Of a DNA stretch of 64,000 nt, positions 13,775 to 27,064 are shown one piece after another. The stretch lies in assembly GCA_951406725.2 (NCBI GenBank), contig OX597815.1, positions 208,258,001 to 208,322,000 on the forward strand, in the 5' to 3' direction. This stretch comes from Octopus vulgaris. Lineage: Eukaryota. The translations under genes were made by a program, and so were the position numbers. Position 1 is the stretch's first letter; each line of letters opens with the position of its first letter. The notes under the pieces are model-generated. The model searched no databases, was not told the origin of the DNA, and saw nothing but the letters and a program-made list of their open reading frames with translations.

Positions 13775-15450
13775 TGTCGAATTTTTATATATATTTGGTG
13801 GTTATATTCCCCAAGACACGGGAGTTGATAGTAGAAGTATATGCTGTAGTAGTAGTAGTAGTAGTAGTAGTAGTAATAGTAGTAGTAGTAGTGGAGGTGA
13901 TGGTGTTAATGGTGGTGGTGGTGAATGGGGCTGTAGAGGCGATGGTGATGATTGTGGTGGTGGTTAATGAGTGTGGTGATGATGGCGGTGGTGTGGTGGT
14001 GATGGTGGTGGTGGTTGTGGTGGTGTTAGTGGTTGATGCAGAAGTGGTGATGATGGAAGTGTCGATGATAAAGCTGGTGGTGGTGGTGGTTGTGGTGGTG
14101 GTGGTTGTGGTTGTGGTTGTGGTGGTAGTGATGGTGTTGTAGGTGGTGATGGTGAAGGAGGCGTTGGAGGTGCTTGCTGGTGGTAGTTGCCGTCGCCGCC
14201 GTGGTGGTGATCGTGATGGTAGTGGCGGTGGTGGTGGTGGTGGTGGTAAATCTAAGTCTCAAGAAGCTGGACAACATCAACAACAACAACAACAACAACT
14301 GGTCAATGATGATGATGATGATGATGATGATGGCTTGTATTCGACGGCAGCGACGACAGGACAGCGGTGGAGGTGGTCACTATCGAAACGATGACGATGT
14401 TGATGATGACGATGATGATGATGACGATGACGATGATGATGATGGGGGGCTTTGGTTGTGGGAGAAGCGTTCGTGGGGAGAGGTGGGCTGTTTGGTGGTG
14501 GTTGAGCAGACGACGATGGTGGCGGTTATAAGGACTACGACGATGACGATGACGATGATGATGATGGTGATGAGTATGGGTATGGTAGTGATGTGGATGA
14601 TGGTAATGATGATGATGCTGATGATGGAAGTTGTTGCTGTTGTCGTTCTTGTTTTTGGTTGATACTACAGTCTCAGTGTTGCTGCTGATGTTGAGGTGGC
14701 CACCAGTTCAGTTCCTACCACTACCTTCAAGACTTCTTCACTCCGTCTCTTACGCCGTGCTCTGCTTTTTACTCTTTTTTTTTCCCTTCCTTTTCCGTTG
14801 TTTTTGTTTTTTGATATTTACAAAACCCCCTTCCTTGCTTCTTGCTTGCTTTTTCTCCTCACTCTGTCCCCCTCATATCTCCACTCACACTTCTACTCTC
14901 TCACTCTCTCTGTCTCTCTCTCTCACCGTGTCGCGCCGTCACTCGCTCGCTCGCTCTCGCTCGTTCGTTCGCTCCTCCCTCTCGTCCGCTTCGTGATTGA
15001 CTGCGCCTCTGAGTCTGTTTTCCTCCCCTTCTCTGACACCCTCCCTCCTTCTCTCGCTCGCTCTCTCTCTCTCTGTCTCTATCTCTATCTCTCCCTCTCC
15101 CTCCCATTCTGACTATCAACGCTGTTGTAACGTGTGCGCGCGTCACCAGCCGTGGCAATAGCAGTCGAAGTCTATGCCAATGATATCGTTGGCTGTGCCA
15201 ATAGTATCAATCCTCGTGCAAATAGAAGCAACATCTGTTGCACTAGCATTAGAGGCCGGGCTGATAGCAGTAATTCGAAGAATTCTTTCTTTCTTTCTTT
15301 CGATTTTTTCCTTCTCTTTTTCTCATTCTTTTTTTTGTTTTTCTTCTCCTTCTTCTAACAACAAGTTTTCAAAGAGAGGAGGAGGGGAATATCAGTTTTA
15401 AACGAATCAAAACAAGAGTAAAAATGTAGAAACAAACAAAATAAATAAAC
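13775..15450 (-). other. Probable long 5' leader / promoter-proximal region of the RasGRF gene, built of mixed trinucleotide repeats
   Basis: It is contiguous with the ATG, free of recognisable TEs and relatively CpG-rich. It carries (TAC)n, (CAC)n, (CAT)n and (CGT)n runs on the sense strand. Its boundaries are unknown. Confidence 0.5.
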
Positions 15451-16414
15451 AAATTAAAAGACAATTGATTCTTCATAAAACTATTATGAAACCAAAGAAA
15501 AAAAACGTCAGCCAACATCGATAAGAAAACAAATTAACTATTAGAACTATTAGGAATTATTTCCAAAGAATCAGGGTTTAACGTACTAAGATTATTAATT
15601 GAGAAATCGGAAGTTGTGTTATTTGCATTTTTTTTTAAAGAAAAAGTGAAAAATGATAAGATAAAAAGTGATAAAAAGTGATAAGACTTAAGTTGGTTGT
15701 ATTTAGATATATTTGAAACCTGTTCGCAAAAAATCAAAGTCCGCTGTAATATATTAGAGTCGGAAAACGCAAAAAACAAACAATATTAATGAAAAACGAT
15801 GGTGATCAATAATCAATGTTCCTTAAAACTTATAATAGATAATAACAAGAGCAGTAAAAAGAAAAGGTAAAAAAACAACAACTCAATAACCACATCAATA
15901 GTCCCCACGTTAACAACAAAAACTAGAACAGTAACAACAACAACAACAACAATAATAATAATAATGATAATAATAGTTGCAGTGAGATCGAATATAAAAA
16001 TAGAGAAATGAATAAATAAACTCATCAACAGCAAAAAAAAAAACAAAAAAAAAAATCAATCACCTTGAAACGAAATTGGCAAAACTTTATCACACTTTTG
16101 CCATCTTTTTACCTGTAGTTTTTTCCCCTCATTTTTGTTGAAACACCTGTAATCTTGCAATCATTCATAATAAACACTACATGAAGATTGTAGTATATCG
16201 TTTATGTAGTGTGACCGTGTGCGTTTTTTTTTTGTTATGAATGAATAAGAATTGGTCAAGGCCTGGACGAAAGAACGGACATGGAGACATAGAAAACTTA
16301 CATATGGATCATGTTTTTTCTTACATACACGCATCCACACTCCTATATTTTTTCGTGCATATACACATACATAATGTACATAGCATACGCAAAAATCAAA
16401 TACCGATGCGCAAA

Positions 16415-16630
16415 CATACATACATTCAAACATACATACATACATACATTCATACATATATACATTCATTCATTCATACATACATACATTCATACATATA
16501 TACATTCATTCATTCATACATACATACATTCATACATATATACATTCATTCATTCATTTATACATACATACATACATTCATTCATACATATATACATTCA
16601 TGCATACGTATATACATATATACATACATA
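16415..16630. repeat. (CATA)n/(CATT)n compound microsatellite
   Basis: Directly visible. Confidence 0.9.
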
Positions 16631-18369
16631 AATGTTGGTAAGTATGCATGTATGTATATGTATGTAAATGTTTACATCCAGATACAAACAAGATTTGCAT
16701 TTCTACTGATGACATATGTATGTATATATATATATATATGTGTACGTTTGAATTTATGCATGTGTGTATATACAAATGGGTGTATGTAAATACAGATGTA
16801 TATTTACATATATGTGTGTATTAATATATGTATGCATATTAAAAGATTTTAAAACCTTGCCGAAGCTTACAGCGATTCTGATAGTTATTTCTTCTTAAGG
16901 GAAATAGTTATACCCCACATCATGTTCTCTCTCTCTTTTTCTTTTCTTTTTCTACGTGTTTTTTTTTTCTTTACCATCTTCGTCTTCGTTTTCTTCTGCT
17001 TCGTATTGCTTCTTTCTTCTTCTTTCTTCTTCTTCTTCTCTTTTGAATTTTCTTGACATCCTTCAACTCCAACATCTTCAGTTTCTCAGTTTCCTCTTCC
17101 TTCTCCTTGGACACTTTCAAGTGCACGTTTGGTAAAAGATTAAAAGCCAAAGACTTCAGGTAGATATAACATATTGCCATACATTCTCGACCATTCAAAA
17201 CACGCTGCAAATACCGACTTCTCCACTCTTTCAGCGCACTTTATCTCCTCTCTTGACCACTGTTAACGTTCATTCTCTCTCTCTCTCCGTCTCTCCATCT
17301 CTCACATGCAGTTTCTCTCTCTCCTTCTGTCTCTCTCCATCTCTCTCTCTCTCTCTCCATCTTTTGCTCTTTCTTCCTCAATTCCGCCCTCCTTCCTTCC
17401 AAACGTCTATCTCTCTCATATCACTTCTGTTTACTTTTCTCCAGCTGTAGAATTCTTCTTCTTCCCCTCCGTGTATCCTTTCTTTTTTTCGCTCGTATAT
17501 TTTTACACAAACTTTCCAAATTCGTCTCCTTCATCGCACTGCATTACAATCCCCTTCTTCCATCTACTTATCTAGATATGAAATTAATGAATTTTTCTCA
17601 AATAACTAAAGACATTTTACTTAATAAAATCTGTTGCTTTTTTTTTTTTTCTTCCTACCCCCTTTCTTCTTCTTCCTGTCTTTAACTCCGTTTCTCCTCC
17701 TCTTTTCAACTCTCACACCTCCCTGATGCTCCATTCCCCTCCTTATACTCCGCCTTTTCTCTCTGTATCTTTTACTCTTTCTCTCTAAAACTTAGCTCTC
17801 ACATATAAGCATTCATTCTTTTCGTTACCTGCTCTACACTACGTTCTCTCTCTCAGTCATCTACACAATTCATACACATCACTTCTACATCACCCGGCAA
17901 TCTCATTCATAAAACTTGGTGGTGCTATCTCTTTCTTTCTCTCCTTTCCTCGTCATCGTGGCCGTCAAGTTATGTTGCTGATGTCGTTGTTACTGCTATC
18001 TTTACTAAAATACCATTCTGTGCTTCTAGTTTTTCCCAGCTTGCCTTTTACCGGCTCTAAAAATTCAAAAAACAAATTCACTCTTATCACTAATTCTTAT
18101 CACAGCTACAATAAATCTATAAATGCAGTTAAAACTTCGATTCGATCCGCGTGTAAAAGAGCCCCGTTCCGTATAAGAAGGCCGAAAATATAGATATGGT
18201 TTTGTTTTGATTTTGGCAACAAGGACGACGACGTCGACAGAGAAAAGACAACGGAGAAAAAGATAGTGGATTGTGGATGGGTGGTGAAAAGGCGGTGCCA
18301 TTGATGAGATGGTATCTGGATTATCAAAAATGAACACACCTCGCAGCTTGACTCCGCGCATCGCATCTG

Positions 18370-18660
18370 CTTACTTCTTGCAAATAACGTATAGTAGAAA
18401 ATTTAACGACACCTACTAGGCATAGAGAGAAGAAGAAGACACTATCAAACTCGTGTGCAGAATAATTCTTTCATTCAGACAATGAAAGTATTTATGTGTC
18501 TGCGTGTTCATGTGCGTGGATCTGTGCGAGCGTGCGCGTGAGGGAGAATGAATAACACTCCTCTCTCTCTTTCTCTCTCTCTTTCTCTGCTTATATAAAC
18601 ATACATACACGCTCTGCGCTCTCTGCTTATATAAACATACATACACACTCTGCGCGAGTG
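18370..18660 (-). promoter_or_regulatory. Candidate core promoter / non-coding first exon of the RasGRF gene
   Basis: The motif 'ctctgcttatataaacatacatacac' occurs twice (TATATAAG on minus). There is an Inr-like TCATTC at 18551-18546, local CpG enrichment and a donor-like GAA|GTAAGC near 18374. Confidence 0.25.
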
Positions 18661-18786
18661 TTTTGTATATATATATATTTTTTTATATGAATGCATGGAT
18701 TTGTTTTTAATTAATTGCTTTCTGATTACATTTACGCGTGCGAGTATGTTTGTGTGTCTGCGTACGCTCGCGCACTCGTGTGCACA

Positions 18787-18828
<42 letters not shown>

Positions 18829-18838
18829 CACGCACACA

Positions 18839-18884
<46 letters not shown>

Positions 18885-19051
18885 TGCATGTGTATACACA
18901 CAATTGTATATACATAGATAGACACACATACACACACATACAAACACACAGGTTTAGCGAAACCCTGAAGGGGAGATAGAAACAGTTTTGTAGGTGCCCT
19001 GCATAAAACTCTCAGCTCTGGAGTTACTTTTGTAACTTTCTGATAAGGAAA

Positions 19052-19508
<457 letters not shown>

Positions 19509-19909
19509 TGCAAAAAACTATACATTTAAAAATATACATATATGTGCACACATACATATATACACACTGACACACGCACACACAATTATATATATGCATA
19601 GCTAAGGATAGGCATAAATATATACACGTATTTATGGTTATTTGTCAATTTATCGATGTGTGTGTTTGTGTTTGTGCGAATCCATATGTAAATATGCATA
19701 CATAGTTGTATATAAATACAAACATTCAGCGTTCATTCATATGCATTGACGTGGCTGCATGGTTAAGCTGCTTGCCACGCACCTGTGTGGGTTTATGTTC
19801 AATCACTGTGAAACACCTCATTCACCAACACCTTGTGAATGAATTTCGCGGACGAAAACTGAGAGCAAGCCAGTCATACACACACACACACACACACACG
19901 CATACATAT

Positions 19910-20130
19910 GAGTGGCTGTGTGGTAAGAAGCTTACCTCCCAACCACATGGTTCCGAGTTCAGTCCCACTGCGTGGCACCTTGGGCAAGTGTCTTATACTA
20001 TAGCCTTGGGCTTACCAAAGCCTTATGAGTGGATTTGGTAGACGGAAACTGAAAGAAGCCTGTCATATCTTTATCTTTCTTTATCTAGTTTCAGCTCACG
20101 AGCTGTGGCCATGCTGGGGCACCGACATTG

Positions 20131-20164
<34 letters not shown>

Positions 20165-20390
20165 ATGTATGTATATATATGTCTTAGGTTGTCTGTGTGT
20201 CCCCCACATCATCCCTTGACAAACTTACGTTGGTGTGTTTACTAACTCGTAACTTAGCAAATCAGCAAATGAGACCGATAGAATAAATACTAGGCTTGCA
20301 AAGAATAATTGGGGTCAATTTGGTCGATGAAAGCGGTGCTCCAGCATGGCCGCAGTCAAATGACTGAAACAAGTAAAAGAATAAAAGAAT
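19910..20390 (+). mobile_element. tRNA-derived SINE family A with internal microsatellite
   Basis: A-box-like TGGCTGTGTGG and B-box-like GAGTTCAGTCCC are present. The body is shared with many copies in the window and ends in 'gactgaaacaagtaaaaga'. Confidence 0.85.
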
Positions 20391-20453
20391 ATATATATAT
20401 TTGTTTCAGTCATTTTATATGTGCGTGTGTGTATATATATGTGTATATATATG

Positions 20454-20500
<47 letters not shown>

Positions 20501-20591
20501 ATATATATGTATATATATATGTATATTTATATGTGTGTATATATATATATATGTATATATATATGCATAGATATATGCATACATATATATA

Positions 20592-20625
<34 letters not shown>

Positions 20626-20700
20626 CATATATGTATGTATGTATACATGTCTATATATATATATATATATTTATATATATACATATGTATATATATGTGA

Positions 20701-20734
<34 letters not shown>

Positions 20735-20774
20735 ATATACATATGTGAATATATATGTATATATACATATGTGA

Positions 20775-20805
<31 letters not shown>

Positions 20806-20869
20806 TGCATGCATGCATGCATATATATCAACATATGGGTATAGATAGATACATACATATGCAAATATA

Positions 20870-20904
<35 letters not shown>

Positions 20905-21005
20905 TTACATACAAGCACGAACGCACACACGCACACACACACACACACATATATATGTGCATGTGTATATATATATATATACCCACACATATATGTGTAT
21001 ACATA

Positions 21006-21045
<40 letters not shown>

Positions 21046-21076
21046 TACATATATAGATATATATGCATACATATAT

Positions 21077-21455
21077 AGGCACAGTCATGGCTGTGTGGTA
21101 AGAAGCTTGCTTACCAACCACATGGTTCTGGGTTCGGTTCCACTGCGTAGCACCTTGGGCAAGTGTCTTCTATTAAAGCTTCGGTGGACCAAACCTTTGT
21201 GAGTGGATTTGGTAGATGGTAACTATATATATATATTTGTGTGTTTGTATTTTTCCCTCCCCACCCACCATCGCTCGACAACCAATGTTGGTGTGTTTAA
21301 GTCCCCGTAACTTAGTAGTTCGACAAAAGAAACCGATAGTATAAGTACCAGGCTTACAAAGAATAAGTCCAGGACTCGATATCTTGGACTAAAAGGCAGT
21401 GCACCAGCATGGCCACAGTCAGAATGACTGAAACAAATGAAAGAATGAAAGAATA
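21077..21455 (+). mobile_element. SINE family A copy
   Basis: Same head, body and tail as the other family A copies. Confidence 0.85.
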
Positions 21456-21694
21456 ATTATATATATGTGTGTGTGTGTGTGTTTGTCCCCTCCTTGACCA
21501 CTGGTGTTGGTCATTTTTACTATCCTTATGACTTAGCAGTTTGGGAAAAAGATGTCAAAAGAAAAAGTACCAGACTTTACAGAAAAATAAATTCTGGGGT
21601 TGATTGGCTCAACTAAATCTTTCAGGGCATTGCCCCAGCATGGCCACAATCCAGTGGCTGAAAATAAATAAAAGGTAAAAGAAGATATATCCAC

Positions 21695-22045
21695 ATGCAC
21701 ACACCTCTGTGCGTGTGTGCGCGCACATGTATGTGTGTGTGCATGCATGTATGTGTGTGTGTGTGTGCATGCGTGTACGCCTGTGTGTGTGTGCACACGC
21801 ACGCTCGTGTTTGTGTACATGTGTGTGTGTGTGTGTGTGCATGCGTGCCTGTCTATGTGTGTTTGTGGGATTGTGTGTGTGCGCATGCACGTCTGTGTGT
21901 GTGTACATGTGCATCTGTGTGTGTGTGCGCATGCACGTCTGTGTGTGTGCATGCGTGTCTGTGTGTGTGTGTGCGCATGCACATCTGTGTGTGTGTGTGT
22001 GTGCACACACATCTGTGTGTGTGCGCATGCGCGTCTGTGTGTGTG
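21695..22045. repeat. Alternating purine-pyrimidine compound repeat (TG)n/GCATGC
   Basis: Directly visible. Confidence 0.9.
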
Positions 22046-22325
22046 TTGGTGCAGTGGAGCTGACTGACTGAAAACATCATTTCAAAATCACAAAGTTTCT
22101 CACGAGATCCCATCACTTGGCATTTAGAGCTGATGCCAAGTTTTTTACAGCTTCTGATTGGCCAATAGCTTGTGTGTGTGTGAAATTCGGTTTGTGTAAA
22201 ACCATGAGAACCTGTGGAATTGATTTGTACAGGTAACACCAATTCAAAGAAGAGAACGAGCTAATGCAGGGCACAAATATTTGATCACCCTAAACAAATC
22301 GTCAATGCAAAGTGTTCAGCAAGGA

Positions 22326-22533
22326 ACTCTTTACTCTTTACTTGTTTCAGCTATTTGACTGTGGCCATGCTGGAGCACCGCCTTTAGTCGAGCAAATCGA
22401 CCCCAGGACTTATTCTTTGTAAGCCTACTACTTATTCTATCGGTCACTTTTGCCAACCCACTAAGTTACGGGGACGTAAACACACCAGCATTGGTTGACA
22501 AGTGATGTTGCAGTGACAAACACAAACACACAA

Positions 22534-22595
<62 letters not shown>

Positions 22596-22927
22596 GATAG
22601 GCTTCTTTCAGTTTCCATCTATCAAATCCACTCACAAAGCTTTGGTCGGCCCGAGGCTATAGTAGGAGACTAAACACACCAGCATCAGCTGTCAAGCAAT
22701 GTTGGGGGACAAACACAGACACACAAACACATACACACATACATAAATATATATACATCTATACAATGGGCTTCTTTCAGTTTCTGTGTACCAAATCCAC
22801 TTACAAGGCTTTGGTCGGCCCGAGGCTATAGTAAAAGAAACTTGCCCAAGGTGCCACACAGTGGGACTGAACCCGGAACCATATCGTTCGTAAGCAAGCT
22901 ACTTACCACACAGCCACTCCTACACCT
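22326..22927 (-). mobile_element. SINE family A with internal partial duplication
   Basis: Reverse complement of family A. The segment 'taaacacaccagcat...ggcccgaggctatagta' occurs twice. Confidence 0.85.
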
Positions 22928-23090
22928 ATTGCAGAACTGTCTTTCACAGACTACAAGAGACCACCAACAACTTATGATTAACCATTCTGGTGCCAACCAG
23001 CTTGAGGATGTCCTTAGTCTTACAACAGAAATTTCTTGTTTTAAAGTGGTCTAAATGGAAATCTTCCATGAAAACTTCATATCAATTTTT

Positions 23091-23462
23091 GAGGAGTTGC
23101 TGAAAAGTTCCTGGCTTTGAGTAAAAGAAAATACAGGAGGATCGGTTAATTATGATTTTATGCAGCATGTCCCCCTCTCAGATTCCACCCCTTATTGCAG
23201 TGGTCCTTTCATTCAAATTGTTTTTAATTAATCCTGCATGATTTTGCAGCTTTGAAATTTTGATGATGTGACTGTATATTTTATAATGGCATTGAAGGGT
23301 AGGTATGATAGGTTTGATCTGGATGGTCAGAACATAAAACAGGAAGCATATTTGGGCCGGATATGGTCGGTTTAAATGCTAAAGGGTTAAAAGAACTTGA
23401 AAGTTTGGACCTCCAGCCAGGCCTTTCACAACACCCTTAAAGCTCGGAACTTTTCAGCACCT
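23091..23462. mobile_element. Mariner-type MITE interrupted by a piggyBac-like fragment
   Basis: Terminal inverted repeats (TIRs) are 'gctgaaaagttcc' and 'ggaacttttcagc'. The internal fragment ends 'aaagggttaa'. An inverted copy of the MITE body lies at ~60090-60256. Confidence 0.55.
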
Positions 23463-24411
23463 ACTTATTTGTTCCAAACACCAGCTCAACAGTGATAATG
23501 TCACATTCCTAAGTTCTTCATTATTCTTTTATATCCTGCCACAGGTTGGTATAAATAAATAATGTAGAGGAGGCTTAATAAATGTGTTCATATGATGTAC
23601 TTTGTGAGACAACCAAAACCCCACTCTCCGACTACTAGCGGCCACTACAATTTTATAAGAGTTCGGCTAGTCCATTCTTCCAATACCCCAGGGGTGTCAA
23701 TGAGTCTCACCACAACAATTTTCAAAATTAATTGAAACAAAGACACCATTTCTCAATAGAAATATGGTAACAAGTGTTATAAAGCAGATGTGGTGCAGTG
23801 GTGTTGCCTTGTTATGAGTAGTGATTGTACTTCATTGCTAATGAAAGCGGCAAAGTTGGGTTATAGAGGATGCTTTCAAGGTCTCTATTGATGGAATCAG
23901 TGTGTGACACGGAGTTGGCAAGGTCGGGGAAGGGTAAAGAAGAATGAAGTGTAATTGTCACTAAAATATGCGTAAAATGTTATAAATAAATAATTTAACA
24001 TTATATTCACTTTGTTTTGTACTTTTTAAATGATGCTCTTTGACCATTAATTTTCCGTGTAATAAAACAATTTTTTCTTCCTAGGCATCAGTTTTGGAGT
24101 GTAATGGAACATAGAGAGTTCTAACTCATTGCATTCTAATAGGCGCTCTATACATACACTTATGTACACACATGTATATACGCACACACACATGCGTGTA
24201 TGTATTTGTTTTTATGATTAGTTATAAGAAAAACAATTTGACATTAATCTGATAGTTTACTCTATACTTTTATAGAGCACAAATTTATTATTCTTAAACA
24301 AGAATGACTTTGACAGTGATTTTAAATTTTCAACCAGTTCAGCCCAATGATGACTTAAATGGCTGAAACTTCAGAGTCACTATCAACAGCACCTATATAT
24401 ATATATATATA

Positions 24412-24786
24412 CTAGCAGTATCACCCGGCGTTGCTCGGGTTTGTAAGGGAAATAACTATAAAGCATTTTTAGAGAGTTATAGCCAAAAAATGGAAAAAAA
24501 ATTATGGTAAATTTTTTTTTAGTTAAAAAAGGTCGAGTTGCGTCTCCTAGACAGTCTGTGGTTTGTGTTTCTGATTCTCGACCCCATGTCGAATTTATCG
24601 ATTTTTTTTTCAGAACTGGGGGAACTTTTCAAAATTTTCCCTGTGTTAGTTTTGAATTATGACATTGGGCTATGTGTGTGTCAAGTTTCATCAGAATCGG
24701 TTGAAAGCCGTGGTCAGGGTGAGGTACAACCTAACAGACACACAGAAACACACACAGACAAACTGCCGTTTATATCTATAGAGAGA
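24412..24786 (-). mobile_element. Non-autonomous Helitron (Lep1-like architecture)
   Basis: On minus it has an A|TC 5' end, then TATA-rich and (CTGT/GT)n tracts. The 3' end has a GC hairpin CCCGAGCAACGCCGGG and CTAG|T. There is no TSD. A near-identical copy lies at 60871-61243. Confidence 0.85.
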
Positions 24787-25344
24787 TATATATAATATAT
24801 TAATAAATAAAACATATGCATATATGTACGTACCTACCTCTACATGTATATATACACGCATATATGAGTACAGGACACCAAAAAAACGTCGAACACAATG
24901 AGAAATGAAAACATTGACACAAACCCAAGGAACTGGACATTTTTCTTAAACAACAAAAAAATAGAGTACAGGACAAATAACACAAGGAAAAAACCCCTTC
25001 TTCAGTTGCCATGGTTTCATCTACTCTATATATATATATATGAATATATACATGCAGGCTGGCCCAAAAGTAGGTTTACAGTTATTCAACTATCTCTTTC
25101 CCATTCATATATTAACAGATATGAAACCATTATTCTATGCTAATTTAATTAATTTTGTCAAACTCCCTTTTCAGTTTGTAAGATAGAAATTTAAATGTAA
25201 TGAAATGTTTTAAAAGAAATTTAAAGTGCCAACATGATAACTATAAACCTACATATAACTATAAACCTACATGATAACTATAAACCTACATATATTTATA
25301 TAGGGTATGTTTAAGATTAAATTTTGATAGGAGACATAGTATTA

Positions 25345-25456
25345 AGTAATCTGATGAGGAGGTTTCCTCTGCACTGCGGGGTGAATTCGATTCCATTATA
25401 TTGTTCCACATCCACTAGAGAGCAGTGCAAATGTAAGCCAAAACGATTGTCATTTA
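25345..25456 (+). ncRNA. Decayed type-I hammerhead ribozyme-like motif with extended stem II
   Basis: AAT-CTGATGA-GG...TGCACTGC...GCAGTGCA...CC-(A)AAA-C-GATT-GTC-ATT. The core G12 is replaced by A. Confidence 0.45.
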
Positions 25457-25463
25457 ATATATA

Positions 25464-25508
<45 letters not shown>

Positions 25509-25515
25509 AACATAT

Positions 25516-25556
<41 letters not shown>

Positions 25557-25625
25557 CATATATACAATGGGCTTCTTTCAGTTTCTGTGTATCAAATCCA
25601 CTCACAAGGCTATATATATATATTG

Positions 25626-25656
<31 letters not shown>

Positions 25657-25771
25657 TAGCAGTATAACCTGGTTTTGCCCAGGATTAAGCTAATCAAGTT
25701 ATTTATTTCAGACCAAACTAAGTAACATCGATGTCAAATTTGGGTGAAATCTGTTGAAATTGGTTTACATA

Positions 25772-25940
25772 TATCATCATCATCATCATCGTTTAACGTC
25801 CGTTCTCCATGCTAGCATGGGTTGGACAGTTCGACCGGGGATCTACGAAGCCAGAAGGCTGAACCAGGCTCCAATGTTGATCTGGCAGTGTTTCTACAGC
25901 TGGATGCCCTTCCTAACGCCAACCACTCCATGAGTGTAGC
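25772..25940 (-). mobile_element. RTE-LINE 3' end fragment
   Basis: (CAT)n is followed by the reverse complement of the RTE 3' UTR. Confidence 0.75.
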
Positions 25941-26007
25941 AGACCGTGAATGTATATATATGTATATATATGATATTTTTTTCTAAGTTATTAACAACTT
26001 AAATTAT

Positions 26008-26185
26008 TTAGTGAACTGACTATCACAAACCTTTGGGGAAGAAGTTTCTCTGTTGTGTGTTTTTTTGTGTGAGCACTTTTCTTGTTCAAGCAAATGTGTT
26101 TTCAGAACAACAGAAGTGCTTACACACAAAATACACAGTGTATGAAAACTTCTTCTCCAAAGTTGTGTGTCATTCAGTTCTCTAA
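26008..26185. repeat. Imperfect ~180 bp palindrome (old MITE-like)
   Basis: 'ttagtgaactga...ctttggggaagaagttt...gagcactttt' mirrors 'agaagtgctt...aaacttcttctccaaag...tcagttctctaa'. Confidence 0.65.
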
Positions 26186-27064
26186 ATGTGAACAGAAAGT
26201 CAGAGGTTGTCTTCTAGGGAAAACATGTCTAACCAATTACCATCAGTGAGGATTGGACGACAACAAAGACATCTGACAGTCGAAAATGTGTCTCAACAAA
26301 CTCCTATTGACTCATATAAGCATGGAAAATTGGATGGTCAGTGTTACAGATCCAAGACCCACTGATTGGGAAGCAAGCTTCTTAACTAAACAGCTATGTC
26401 TGTACTCAGAGTAGCTCTACTTCTCTGAAGCTACTGGATTTGGTATATAAATGAATTGGCTCCTTGTTTCTCTGGAATTCAACAACTGATGAATGAAAAT
26501 TCTTTAATGAAACTTCTCAATAAGGGTTGATTACCAAATTAGAGCTGTTCCACATTTTTCAATCTAATTAAATTCATAAAACTTGTATGTCTAGTATGTA
26601 GATTTATATATATTATATCATACCTCACAAGTATTGTTTCACACAGAAAGAGAGAGAAAAATATGAATATAGTGGCTTTGTATTATTTGCTACAATTCAA
26701 GGTACACTGAGTTCAAATTATAGCAAGGTCAACTTTCAAGAGGGATAAATCAAGTCCTAGTTCAGAATGGCTGATTAATGGAATTATTAATACATCAGAT
26801 GAAATGCCTTGTGCTGTCTATTTTGGTTCTTTTTGCTATAAATTTAAAATTCGTCTAGATACACTGATTTTATTGCAGCTAGTCCTTACAAACTCAGCTT
26901 GATAGCGAAATGCTTCCTGTGTTGTTAGACAGATGGATGCAGTGACTGTGGCACCACCTTTGTCCCTTGAATAAAAATGAACAAACCCCTATTCTAGCAA
27001 TGTAGACTCTAGGACTGGAAAAACGGCCACACATGTAGATATAGGAGTTTGTGTATGTATGCTT

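Noticed and set aside
13774-14662. Plus-strand poly-V/M/D/G ORFs as an antisense gene
   Set aside because: Low-complexity trinucleotide translations with no domain.
25232-25291. Three copies of a ~19 bp unit 'acatgataactataaacct'
   Set aside because: An ordinary slippage duplication with no further signal.
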